Source: Octopus vulgaris
Taxonomy: Eukaryota
Assembly (NCBI GenBank): GCA_951406725.2
Contig: OX597825.1
Coordinates: forward strand, 1,488,001-1,552,000
Length of the DNA: 64,000 nucleotides
Direction: 5' to 3'
In this document: in pieces, positions 52,841 to 64,000 of the stretch
How the letters are laid out: every line of letters starts with the position of its first letter
How positions within the stretch are numbered: position 1 is the first letter of the stretch
Program-made: the position numbers and the translations under genes
The notes under the pieces: model-generated
The model's database searches: none
Seen by the model: only the letters and a program-made list of their open reading frames with translations
What the model was told of the DNA's origin: nothing

Positions 52841-53360
52841 AACAATGAAACACCTAACAAAAGACATGAGCACACTAGAGATAAAGCTGTAACAGGAACC
52901 TTAATGTGGATGCTAGATCTGCTAGAGATAGCAGCCTTATCTCTTTCAAATCATATTGTTGTGTCTTATAAAAGAATTAGATTAGGTAACCCAAAATATC
53001 CAAAAAGACTTGATGTTCACAGCTAAAACTGATTTAATCAAATGTCTGCCATAAGAACAGCAGCTAGAATTAAGTGTTAACCCTTTTGATAGCCAATTTA
53101 TCTGAAACCATTTCCAGCTCTATGATACAATGGAACAAAACCTTTCGTTTCAAACTGTGTTTATGTTTTAATTAAAGCTTCCACTGAAATTTTATGTGAG
53201 GACCAAAAGTTATGCTCTAAACACCAGTTTGATCAAGATAAATTTAGGTATTTTACCAAAGGTCTCAACATCCTTGATTATTTTAAGATGAATTTAAACA
53301 CATTGGCAAAGTGGATCTTTATAGAAACAACACCATAAAGAAAGAAAACTTCTCATATAA

Positions 53361-53554
53361 GTGCAGGCATGGCTGCATAGTTAAGCTGGCTTTGTAACCA
53401 AGCTGCTTCAGGTTCAGTTCCACAACCTGGCAAGTGTCCTCTTGTATAGCCCCAGGCCAATCAGTGCTTTCTGAGGAGATTTGGTAGCTGGAAACTATGT
53501 GGAAGCCCATTATGTGTATGCGTGTAGATATTTGTGTGTGTGCATGTGTGTGTG

Positions 53555-53602
<48 letters not shown>

Positions 53603-53850
53603 AAAGAGAGAGAGAGAAAGAGAAAGAGAGAGAGAGAGAGAGAGACTGTGTGTGTGTGTGTTTGTCACCCCAACATTTGACAAGCAATGTTAGTTTGTTT
53701 GCAAAACTGTAACTTAACATTTCAGCAATAGAAAATGATAGAATAAGAACTAGATTTGAAAAAAAAATGCCTATTGGGGGTTGGGTTTTTTGACACAAAC
53801 CCTTCAAAGTTGATCATAGTCACTGTCCAATGACTGAAACAAGTAAAACG
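53361..53850 (+). mobile_element. tRNA-derived SINE family B with expanded internal (TG)n(GA)n
   Basis: GTGCAGGCATGGCTG...GGTTCAGTTCC...tail GTCCAATGACTGAAACAAGTAAAA. Confidence 0.75.
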
Positions 53851-54672
53851 ATTATAGGTAAAAAAAAATATAGAAGAGTAAATTCCCAGAAAACTGAATT
53901 TTTGGTGCCTGATATATATATATATATTTTTTTTGTGGTATCTAGAAAAAAAAACCGGGTAATGTTGACTCTGACAACAGAGTTTTGAACTGAGGACAGA
54001 AGAATTTCAACTAAATACAGCTATGTATTTCCCCTTAAATCTAGTTTGATATGTTTAATCAATTTTTGTTATATTTTCCAAAATATTTATTTAAGCTTCA
54101 GAAAATGACAATTATTTGGAAAGAAATAACAAGAAATTTCCAGAATTTAATTTGAAATACAAGGAAAATCTTATGACCCAAGATATAACAATATAATATA
54201 ATATATGTCTTTACTCATGCAATTGAGTAAACTATTTTTATTATAGATGTGATTGAATAAAGTGTTGTATTTCTGGAGATAAAGTTAAAACCATTGTTAG
54301 GAATAGAAAAATTTCTTCAAATTTAATGTTGATAATAACTTCCTGTGTAATGGAACAAAGATATTCATATTTTGCTTCAAAAATGATATATTTTATGGCT
54401 GGAAATTATTTAAAGCTTTTAAATATTTTTGCTGACAGTTTTCTTTGTCATAAAACTATTCCTTTGCCAAGATTAGAATGTGCGAAGGGGGTTTAACGTT
54501 GATAAAATGATTGTACAGTAGAATTCATCCAACTTATAAAATGCAGTATTGGGAAATTTAATATATAGAACAGTTATGTCAGCTATATAATTGCCTACAA
54601 TTATCTTATAACTTTGAATTTCTATTATGAATACACACATACTAAAATATATATGTGTACACACATGCACAC

Positions 54673-54823
54673 ATCTATCTGTCTATCTATCTTTCTATCC
54701 ATTTATCTATCTATTTAACTATCCATTTATCTATCTATCTATCTATCCATTTATCTATCTATCTATCTATCCATCTATCTATCCTATCTATCTATCCATT
54801 TACCTATCTATCTATCTATCCAT

Positions 54824-54895
<72 letters not shown>

Positions 54896-54935
54896 TCATC
54901 TATCAATCCATACATCTATCAGTATACCTATCTAT
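54673..54935. repeat. (TATC)n tetranucleotide microsatellite
   Basis: Direct reading; source of the YLSI ORFs. Confidence 0.95.
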
Positions 54936-55174
54936 AACAATGAGTACATGGTAGAATTAAATGTTGAAATGTGGTGCTAAAAATATTTAAGGAAATATTT
55001 CAGGTAAGTAACGGAAGCATCTAATTTTCCTAACAATTGTTTTTTTTATTAAGCTATCAGATTTAATCTTAGAACTTCTGATATTACAAACACTGGTAAA
55101 TATAAAAAGAAAAGAAACAAATTTTATTAATCAAAACAGAAATTTTGATCTAACAGCAATAATAATAACAATAA

Positions 55175-55401
55175 TAATTCTTTCAACTATAGGCGTAATG
55201 CCTGAAACTTTTGTGGAAGAGAGCTAGTCAGTTTCATTGACCCTGCCCCCTACTGTCCTAATGGTACTAATTTTATTGACCGAAAAAGGATGAAAGGAAA
55301 AGTGAACCACAGCAGCATTTGAACTCAGAATGAAAAGCTAGAAGAAAAATTGATAAACATTTTGTCCAGTGTGCTAATGATTCTGCCAACATACCACCTT
55401 A
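55175..55401 (-). mobile_element. Degenerate family C SINE
   Basis: GGTACTAATTTTATTGACCGAAAAAGGATGAAAGG...TTTGAACTCAGAATG...TTCTGCCAAC. Confidence 0.7.
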
Positions 55402-55769
55402 ATAACAACAACAACAATAAAAATATTGAAATTTAGAAATTTTTATAAAAGTCGCTGCTATTGTGATTTAGCCCCAAGTCAACCCTTATTGAGTTAATCT
55501 GTAATGAAAGAGATTCCACATGTGCTTAAGTCTTGATTTTGCATATCTAGGGCTACAGAGTACATTGCATCATCCATCTCATCAGATACAGTGTGATTTG
55601 AGAGGCATTTGGCTGTTATCTTTGGCAGGCCAAGCAACCACGTAGAGGCTGTCAATGGAAGCTTGAATATTATTTAGTTTACATTCTGGGTACACATTGG
55701 CTTAGTTCTTAAAAAATATTTTATCATGGCACAATGAAAAAAAAAGGTACTCAGGCCATGTTGAGACTT

Positions 55770-56663
55770 AATAAGGTGGTATCAAAAAAATTCCTGGACG
55801 AGTTCTGTAGTGTGCCAACAGATTCCATGCATGCTGAGAGAGCTAGCAGTGACCTTCATGAGGCAGAGTGTGTCGAGCAAGATCACTGTGTTTGCTTTGC
55901 AAGCAGTGAAATTTGCGTTTTTGTGATTACGTGTATGCTGTAGTCTGCGATCTTGTCATGTGGACAGGAACAAAGAGCTAATGTGAAATCTTGCATTAAA
56001 CTTGGAAAGTCTGCTACAGAGACATTGAGCATACTTTGGCAAGCTTACAATGATGAGGCAATGGGTTGTACACAATGTTTTGAGTGGCACGGGTGCTACA
56101 AATGCAGAAGAACATCCCTGGAAAATGGTGAGTGATCTGGAAGGCCTACCACAAGTGCCACTGCCAGAATTGTGGAGAAAAGTTATGAGCTTGTGCATGA
56201 AGATCGCTGGAGGACAATCAACAATGCTTTGACGCATTTGAAGGAGGACATTTGGCGAAAGTGACCAGGTCTGTGGAGGGTGAAGTACTGAATTCTTCAT
56301 GAGAACGATGCATCCTGTCACCAAGCTCTCCTCACTCATTAGTTTCTCACCAGAAACAACATGGTATCACCTTATTCATCATATTCAGCACCTGTGGACT
56401 TCCATCTCCTCACCAAGATGAAAATGCAGCTCAAAGTTTACCATTTTAACACCGTTGTCAAGATCAAGAGGAATCGCAGAAGGTCCAGGACTTGCTTACA
56501 CAAAACAATTTCCAGGCCAGATTCCAAAAGTGGCAGAAACACCGGAACCAGTGTATTGCTGCACAAGATGACTATTTCAAAAGAGATGCTGTTAAAACTA
56601 AGGCAAGTGAGTTATTTTTCATTAAACATGACTAGTGTGAGAACTTCTTGATACCAGCTCGTA
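55770..56663 (+). mobile_element. Internally deleted mariner transposon with both TIRs
   Basis: Left TIR AGGTGGTATCAAAAAAATTCC, right TIR GAACTTCTTGATACCAGCTCG|TA; HTH segment EQRANVKSCIKLGKSATETLSILWQAYNDEAMGCTQCFEWH and decayed YSPDLAP motif PYSSYSAPVDFHLLTKMK. Confidence 0.9.
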
Positions 56664-57974
56664 TGGGACCCAGCTAACCTAAGCCAGCAAAGAAATAGAC
56701 ACGATATGCTGATGATTATGCTGCTCATTATAAATGCTTTAAAAACATGAATATTATATCATAAAGAATGTATTGGTTTAAGAGAATTATTGATTTAGCA
56801 ATGTAATTATTTATGGTTCAAATGAGAAAATAATATATCAGAGAGAGAGAGAGAGAATAACAATAGAAAGATATAAAATAATTTACCCTTGATATTTAGA
56901 CATGCATAGAATAGTTTCTTCATAGATGAGCCACCCAGGGATAGTCGAAACCATGTGGCTTGCAAATGATGTGCTGTAGAGTGCACCATGGATTTAAAAA
57001 AATATAACTTACAGTTTTTCAAAAAAAAAATCTGTACGAATGCTTTATTGCTTTGAAAAACGTTATTCATAATTTTATTATACACTTGTATGATTCATAA
57101 ACCAAAAAAATTTTGATATTTAAAAACAAATTTCAACAGTTTTTGTTTTCACTTTCCATGTGAAGAGTTTCAGTAATTTTTTTTGCTTTCCATATGAAAT
57201 GGGTGAGTAATTTTTTTACTTAATCTCCAGAGCAGCAAAAAATCAAAAAAGACTGAGAATGAGAACTATGGCTGTACGTGGTTACTGACTGGCTAGAAAT
57301 AACAGTTAAATCTTCTTTAAATTCCATTATTGTCTTCATACTTTTGTGACCATAATTCTAATGTAATACACTGTCTACAGGTTCAATTAATTTTTTAAAT
57401 ACTCAAGAAATTAGGGTGGAGTTTAGTAAAATTACTTCATCGTTCAGCTGGTGTTTGGAACATAACACAGTTTTCTTACTTTGAATTATAACAGAAAGGT
57501 GAAATTTAAAAATAAATACTAAAGTGAACGGGTTTAATATAGAACCAGTGGCAGTTGTAGTGGATAAAGAGCTGCTTATCTCTAAAAGTATTAATGACCC
57601 TTACACTTGCTTCCAGTATCACATCAGCCATGGCTACACATGATATATGTCTTTCAAATTGATTAAAGCATGCTATCTGGAACGTTCGTTATCACAACAG
57701 CAGTCTGGAGCAGGTTGGTATCTAAAGGGTTTCATATAAAGAAGCATACATTTGATAATGCCATCCTAGACACACTGTATTTAGCAAAATATAAATGGAA
57801 TGGTAATAGCTGGAACGCCTTTGATCATAGGCCTCCTAGATTAGGGGGTTATTGGAGGTTAACCAAAACAGTAGCTTTCTTGATAGAGAAAGTATGTATA
57901 ACTGATGAGTGTGAAAAGTAAAGAGAATATCAGCACCAAATTTGCTTTCTTTCAGAAGTTCACACGATGCTATT

Positions 57975-58130
57975 TGAGCTTCAGTGGTTAAGAATCTTGC
58001 TTTGCAGCCACGTGGTTTCTGGTTCAGTCCCACTGTGCAACACCTGGGTGTCTTCCGCTACAACCCCAGGCTGATCAGTGTCTTGTGAGTAAATTTGGAA
58101 GATGAAAACTATGTGGAAGCCCATCGTATA
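57975..58130 (+). mobile_element. Family B SINE head
   Basis: GTGGTTAAGAATCTTGC...GGTTCAGTCCCACTGTGC...GAAGCCCATCGTATA. Confidence 0.7.
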
Positions 58131-58134
58131 TATT

Positions 58135-58351
58135 CGAGGGAGTGCTAAAAAGGTTCTGGCTGTGGGTAAAAGAAAACACAGGAGGATCAGTTAATTATGA
58201 TTTCATTCAATATATTTCTCTCTCAGATTCACACACTTATTGCAGCAGTCCTTCAGTTTTCCTAAGCCCTGTAGAATAACTCAGACAGTTGGGCCTCCAA
58301 CCAGATCTTTCACGATGCCCTTAAAGCCAGGAATTTTTTAGCACCCCCCTC

Positions 58352-58352
<1 letters not shown>
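58135..58352. mobile_element. Mariner-type MITE with ~27-bp TIRs
   Basis: CGAGGGAGTGCTAAAAAGGTTCTGGCT ... AGCCAGGAATTTTTTAGCACCCCCCTCA|TA, inserted in a TA tract. Confidence 0.8.
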
Positions 58353-58390
<38 letters not shown>

Positions 58391-59507
58391 TATCTGTTGA
58401 TTTACCAGAAGGGATAAATTGGAGAAATCAATACATAACAGGATGTGTGGGGCCCAGTATGTGAGGACTTCCACACTGACCTCATAACACCCTCACCAGC
58501 AACGACTACACAAATAGACCCATGGGCTGGAGGGTTTTCACATGAGTGGTGCAGAAGCATCATCCACCCACCAATAAATAGTTGATGCAGTAATGTGCTG
58601 CTAAAGTGCATGCCTCCAAACAACTACTACTACTACTACTACTACTAACACTAAAGTGTAGAGTATTGGTTAATACAATATAATTGAAAGGCTCCAAGTA
58701 CCAGCACCATGAGGTTCATATTTCTGGTCATTCAACCAGTAATTCAAGTCTGTTTTCCTTTGGGAATCCTTGCCATCTGAATATATTTTTGAAATTTTAT
58801 ACGAATGTTAGGAAGAAAACACTTATCTCTATGATCTCCTTTTTTTTTTTTATTAAAAAAACCTTGTAAGGGACAAGTGCAAATGTGTCTGCTTCAAGCT
58901 CATGTTTTTCATTTCATTCCTGGCTCTCATAGGAATATTCCGAATGTTTTAAACTTCAGACAAGCAAGGTCAATCTAGTAACTTTCCTCATGAGATTCTG
59001 TTATTTAAGTAATATTTTAAAGTAATACTTTTAAAACATTGAATGAATTTATACACACACGCACACATATATATATATTTATATCATCAATTTTCCATTT
59101 GATTTTCCATACTGCAATGACTCAAGAGATTTTCTGAGACAGAGCTTTATGTCCAGATGCCCTTCAGGTCATTAACCTTTCAAGTTACATCTTATGACAT
59201 GCAACTGTACATCTGAAACTCACATTATATACACACATACATATATACATACATGGATACACACACATATATACATACAGACATACATATATATATTCAC
59301 ACATATATATACATACATATACATAACCTATGTATGCATATTTTATATATACACATATATACATGTATATCCATACACATGTAGATACTCATACACAAAC
59401 ATATGTACATACATCCCTCCCCCTATATATATATACATATATATATATATATACACACATACACACATATACACACATAGATAATACACATATATACATA
59501 TGAGGAG

Positions 59508-59846
59508 GAGACCCCCTTCGGTCATGAATGACCATGGGAGTGCACCTAGAAAGTTACCTTCTGAGGCACAAGTCTAGGCAAGGTTGTTTGTGGAAGGCTA
59601 GCAGTCGCCCATGCATACCAGCCTCCCTTCTCCACACCACCGATGTTATCCAAGGGAAAAGCAAAGGGGCTGATACAGCTTGGCACCTGTGATGTTGCAA
59701 CTCATTTTCTACAACTGAGTGAACTGGAGCAACATGAAATAAAGCATCTTACTCAAGAACACAACATGCAGCTCAGTCTAGGAATCGAACTCACAACCTC
59801 ACAATTGTAAGCTCAATGCTCTAACCACTGAGCCATGTGCCTTCAC
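59508..59846 (-). mobile_element. tRNA-derived SINE family D, full length
   Basis: Minus strand: A box TGGCTCAGTGG, B box GAGTTCGATTCC; colinear with 36628-36958. Confidence 0.85.
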
Positions 59847-60252
59847 TATATACATATAAAGGTTTCATATTAACACACATACATATACATGTAAATTTAA
59901 TGTGAAATATATGGATTTATAAAATCCTGTGGTAACCACAAAAAACCTCCTCTACTGGACCTGGCTACATACCACAGAGTAATCTAATTTGGAGAAATGT
60001 AATGTAGAGTCCTCTGCAGCTGAAATCCAGTAGATCCAATCAGTGAAATTATTTCATGAGGAGTATAGAGAATATAAAGAGAGTCAGGTGTGAGAGATGT
60101 ATATATTTATTTCACCTGTTACTACCTGCAGGATGATGGCTGTTTTACAGCCTACATCATGTAAAAAATAATTTTTATTTTAGTGTATCATGTGAATACA
60201 CATTTTATGCACTAATATATGTGTGTGTGTGTGTGTGTGTATATATATAAAT

Positions 60253-60460
60253 GTGACCGCTTGTGTATTGTTTGCGATTTTTTTCCTCCGTCTTCCCTTC
60301 CTTGGATCTTTCCTTTTCTTATGTTTCTGACGAAGAGCTCCGCTCAAAATGTTAAATGCTCCTTCTTTCTTTCCTTTCCTAAGCGTCCAATAACACTATA
60401 TTTGTTCCACGTCCTCGCGTTGTTGTGTTTTCTCTTTGTGTTTTCATGTTTGGATTAAAT
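60253..60460 (+). mobile_element. Pyrimidine-rich Penelope-like pseudo-LTR fragment
   Basis: CpG-containing T/C-rich unit between TA tracts carrying a hammerhead-like core at 60322-60358; PLE assignment inferred from that motif. Confidence 0.55.
60322..60358 (+). ncRNA. Minimal hammerhead-like motif, canonical C3-G8 core, probably inactivated (G12A)
   Basis: UGUUU CUGACGA A GAGC-UCC-GCUC AAA(for GAA) AUGU U AAAUG; both deviations (CG>CA, CG>TG) fit CpG decay of GCUCGAAACGUU. Confidence 0.6.
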
Positions 60461-60468
60461 ATATATTT

Positions 60469-60744
60469 CGTGTCCGTTGCCAGCCTCGGCTGGCCCCCAT
60501 GCCGGTGACACGTAAAAGCACCGTCCGTTCGTGGCCGTTTGCCAGCTCTGTCTGGCACCTGTGCAGGTGTCACATAAAAAACACCCACTACACTCGCGGA
60601 GTGGTTGGCGTTAGGAAGGGCATCCAGCCGTAGAAACACTGCCAGATCTGACTGGGCCTGACGAAGCCTTCCAGCTTCACAGACCCCAGTTGACCCGTCC
60701 AACCCATGCTAGCATGGAAAGCGGACGCTAAATGATGATGATGA
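60469..60744 (+). mobile_element. RTE-tail SINE-like element (family R)
   Basis: GGTTGGCGTTAGGAAGGGCATCCAGCCGTAGAAAC...CCCATGCTAGCATGG...(GAT)n. Confidence 0.85.
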
Positions 60745-60784
60745 TATATATATATATATATATAGATAGATACATACATATATA

Positions 60785-61762
60785 CAGGGTGTGTAAGGTA
60801 TTTGAAGACATACCTTTTTTGGGTCACTGTTGCAATTTTTGCTACCTCTATATAACCTTTGTTTCAGAAAATAATACTGGCAGACTCTCAGCTAACTCAA
60901 GAAATGAAGAGGCATGCTGTTATTGTGGTTATAAAGGTTGAGCATAGAGATTTAGAAATATCTCGATTTTTAAAAGTTGCCAGATCTTTCATCTACAAAG
61001 TTTGTAAGAAGCTAGAGACTGAAGATGGAAACGTGTCACCAGTATCAAAGCATAAAAAGCATTCTAAATGCACTGAAATTATTAGAACACCTGAATTTAA
61101 CCAGCAAGTTCAACAGACCATTGATTACAATACCAGAAAGTCCATGAGGTCAATTGCAAAAGATCTCCATGTGTTAGAAGGAACAGTCAGAAATGTGGTC
61201 CACAAAAACATCAGATATAAGTCTTATATGATGAGGAAAGGTCAATTTCTCAGAAAAAAAGCAAAAGAAAATCACTACGTCAGTTCTAAACGGTTCTTAA
61301 ACAAATTGAAAAAACTTTCTCAAACGAGAAAAACTTTGACCAAGGTCAAAAAGTTGACAGAAGAAATGACAGATGGTTATGTGCAGACCCTTCTGAAGTT
61401 CCAGGTGTTATGCATACAAAATTTCCTGAAACTATCATGGTTTTAGGGGTTGTCAACAATGAAGGACATTTGATGCATCCTTACTTCTTTCCAGAAGGTC
61501 TTAGAGTTCTGCTGCCTACATTGAGGTCCGAGTAATGTCCAAAGTGAAGGAGAACCACTTGATTTGAGCATGTAGATGATTTAGATCTCATATAGAAGCA
61601 GTTGTTGAAGCTGAAGGTGGCTTTATTGAATAACATTCTAAAAAAGAAGGTTTATTTTTATCCTCGTAACATTTTTTGTTAAATATATTTATTATCTGTT
61701 ATTATATATCTGTTTTTCTTTTTATAAACTTAAGTCTGTCCTCAAATATTTTACGCAACCTG
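60785..61762 (+). mobile_element. Internally deleted maT/DD37D-like transposon with TIRs and TA TSD
   Basis: TA|CAGGGTGTGTAAGGTATTTGAAGACA ... TGTCCTCAAATATTTTACGCAACCTG|TA; ORF from 60904 (MKRHAVIV...RKSMRSIAKDL...SYMMRKGQFL) is related to the 24036-24630 fragment; catalytic domain frameshifted/deleted. Confidence 0.9.
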
Positions 61763-62108
61763 TATATATGTTTGTGGTTCAAATTGGATATCCAATCTAT
61801 GTGGGTGTCTTTTCAAAACATTTGTCTGGTTTAAAAAGCCACATCAGATGCCAAGATAGTTCTAAGGTGTAGCTAGAGGAGGTGGTCAAACTCTACCTAA
61901 GGAGTAGACAACCACCATGGGTACATATGAACAGACATTCCTATTTAGATGTTTTTGTAAGTGCATATCTACTATTCTCTATATTGTGTTTTATGTATGT
62001 ATGAGCAGTGGCACATTTTTAGTGATCTATATATTTATAATGCATAAATACACAAGTTCTGACTATTTTTATTCTATCTGTGTAGATTAATGAGGGAATG
62101 AATATACA

Positions 62109-62256
62109 GTTTCTGTTGTGTCTGGGGAGAGTCATTTTCTTTTTGTGCATTATAATTTAACACACGCACTGGTAAAATTTCCACTTATTCCTTATTTTTA
62201 TTTTCCTAAACTTTTCGTTGCATCTTGCAACCTTTTCAATAGTCTTGGCTCTCTTC
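62109..62256 (-). mobile_element. Short Penelope-like insertion with candidate 8-bp TSD
   Basis: AATATACA at 62101-62108 and 62257-62264; contains a hammerhead-like motif. Confidence 0.5.
62206..62242 (-). ncRNA. Minimal hammerhead-like motif, U3-A8 core variant
   Basis: Minus strand: CUA UUGAAAA G GUUGCA-AGA-UGCAAC GAA AAGU U UAG; perfect 6-bp stem II, 3-bp stem I. Confidence 0.5.
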
Positions 62257-63045
62257 AATATACACCTACATTGGTATAATTATGTATCCATTATTTTTCT
62301 ATTACCTTATTCCATTATTTTATTTCCTTAATGATTATAGTTAGATATTTGCATTGAATTATTAATGTAGTTTATTCAGACACATTGCATCTGTTGGCCA
62401 TTTAAACTTTAACCCTATTTAATACTAACAATTATTATAAACTGTCCATTTTTATATGTCCAGCTGTCTTACACAATTGCTTGTAGGTTTTTTTAAAACT
62501 CTCAGAATAAGTTTATTTCACTATTTCCCATTCACTGTATTCTGTTTACATTAACAAGCTCACTAGACTTCAATCCAGCATATTAATTCAAATGTTCTCA
62601 CTCTGTCTACCTCTCTTGAGGCAACAGCACAGTGCAGCACTGTGGGTTGTAAAGTGAACTACATAATCACACAGCTTTGCATAAATTGGTTAGTATTGTG
62701 AGGGGAAAAACAAAAAGAAAAAAGAATAACAAAGGAAATGGGTAAGCAAACAAATAGTTGGAGTTAAAAAATTATTTGACATTATAAAATTTAACATAAA
62801 AGGATATTCACTATCCGCTCAGCAATATGCATCAAGCAGAGAGTGACATCAAAGGATGGAAACAAGGGAATGATTGATATAAATTCTTTATCAAGAGCAA
62901 AAGCAAACACTTTTATAAAATATACAAAATACAGTTTATATGTCCAAAGGGAATTATAAATAAGAAACACATGCATAACATACATAGGTAGAAACTGGTG
63001 GTTAGAGTGAAAGAGAAGAGGGGGGAGAAAGAAAGAAAGAAAGGA

Positions 63046-63465
<420 letters not shown>

Positions 63466-63739
63466 GTGTGTTTTTTTTTTAATGTGATACAAAGTATATT
63501 GAAATTAAAGTGAGATATGGAGATGAACTCTTGCTTAAGTAATCGGAAAATATATTTATCTCTAAAAAACCTGCATCCTTAATTTAAATTTATTCTGTTT
63601 CGTAGTCAGTTGTGCCAGATAAAATATACTGCTCCAGCCAAGCCTTGGTCACGAATGGCTAATAAAGGAAAATAAGAAATAAAAGGAAAATATAACATTT
63701 TGTTGTGAGAGTTGTGTGGACTATAATGAAAAGCACTGA

Positions 63740-64000
63740 AGCAAGGACCATCTTAATTTTTTGAGGCACAGTCTATCTAGGACCACATTAACAAGTGTGT
63801 GCTTTACAGTTTGTAAGACATTAGAGTGTGATTTAGAGATTTCGCTGCTATTTCTAGCAAGTCAAACTACCATATAAAGGTTCTCTATGTTGGCTGATGG
63901 CTGTTTAGTGTCTGATCAGCATCAATTCAACAGACCTCTAATCAAAAGCATTCTGGCCATGACCATCTTGCCTTTTTTAAAATATCTAGTATTACATTGG
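63740..64000 (+). mobile_element. Two tandem family E ancient repeats (second truncated by the window end)
   Basis: GTGTGATTTAGAGATTTCGCTGCTATTTCTAGCAAGTC...; then CAGACCTCTAATCAAAAGCATTCTGGCCATGACCATC. Confidence 0.65.

Noticed and set aside
60859-61446. 195-aa ORF as an intact or domesticated transposase
   Set aside because: Only the DNA-binding half is in frame; the catalytic domain is frameshifted and deleted, and the element retains TIRs and a TA TSD.

Overview
AT-rich, microsatellite-laden eukaryotic DNA, almost entirely non-coding (large intron or intergenic). The SINE, RTE-tail and MITE families look like those of an Octopus or other coleoid cephalopod; this is recognition from memory, not a database result. 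No intact protein-coding gene is evident, and the ORF track is dominated by microsatellites and transposon remnants. The window holds several tRNA-headed SINE families, an RTE-tail SINE-like family, RTE and L1/Tx1 LINE fragments, deleted mariner and maT-like (DD37D-type) transposons, Tc1- and piggyBac-like MITEs, fold-back palindromes and two minisatellites. The main signal is three otherwise unrelated short repeats (33246-33296 -, 60322-60358 +, 62206-62242 -) that each fold into a minimal type I hammerhead-ribozyme topology of the Penelope type. Each has a different Watson-Crick pair at core positions 3 and 8 (G3-C8, C3-G8, U3-A8), i.e. covariation. A second signal is a well-formed Pol II promoter (MEF2/CCAAT/E-box/TATA/Inr) and candidate first exon at about 22.87-23.49 kb, whose reading frame is interrupted by a single in-frame TGA. 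Coordinates of old repeats are approximate.
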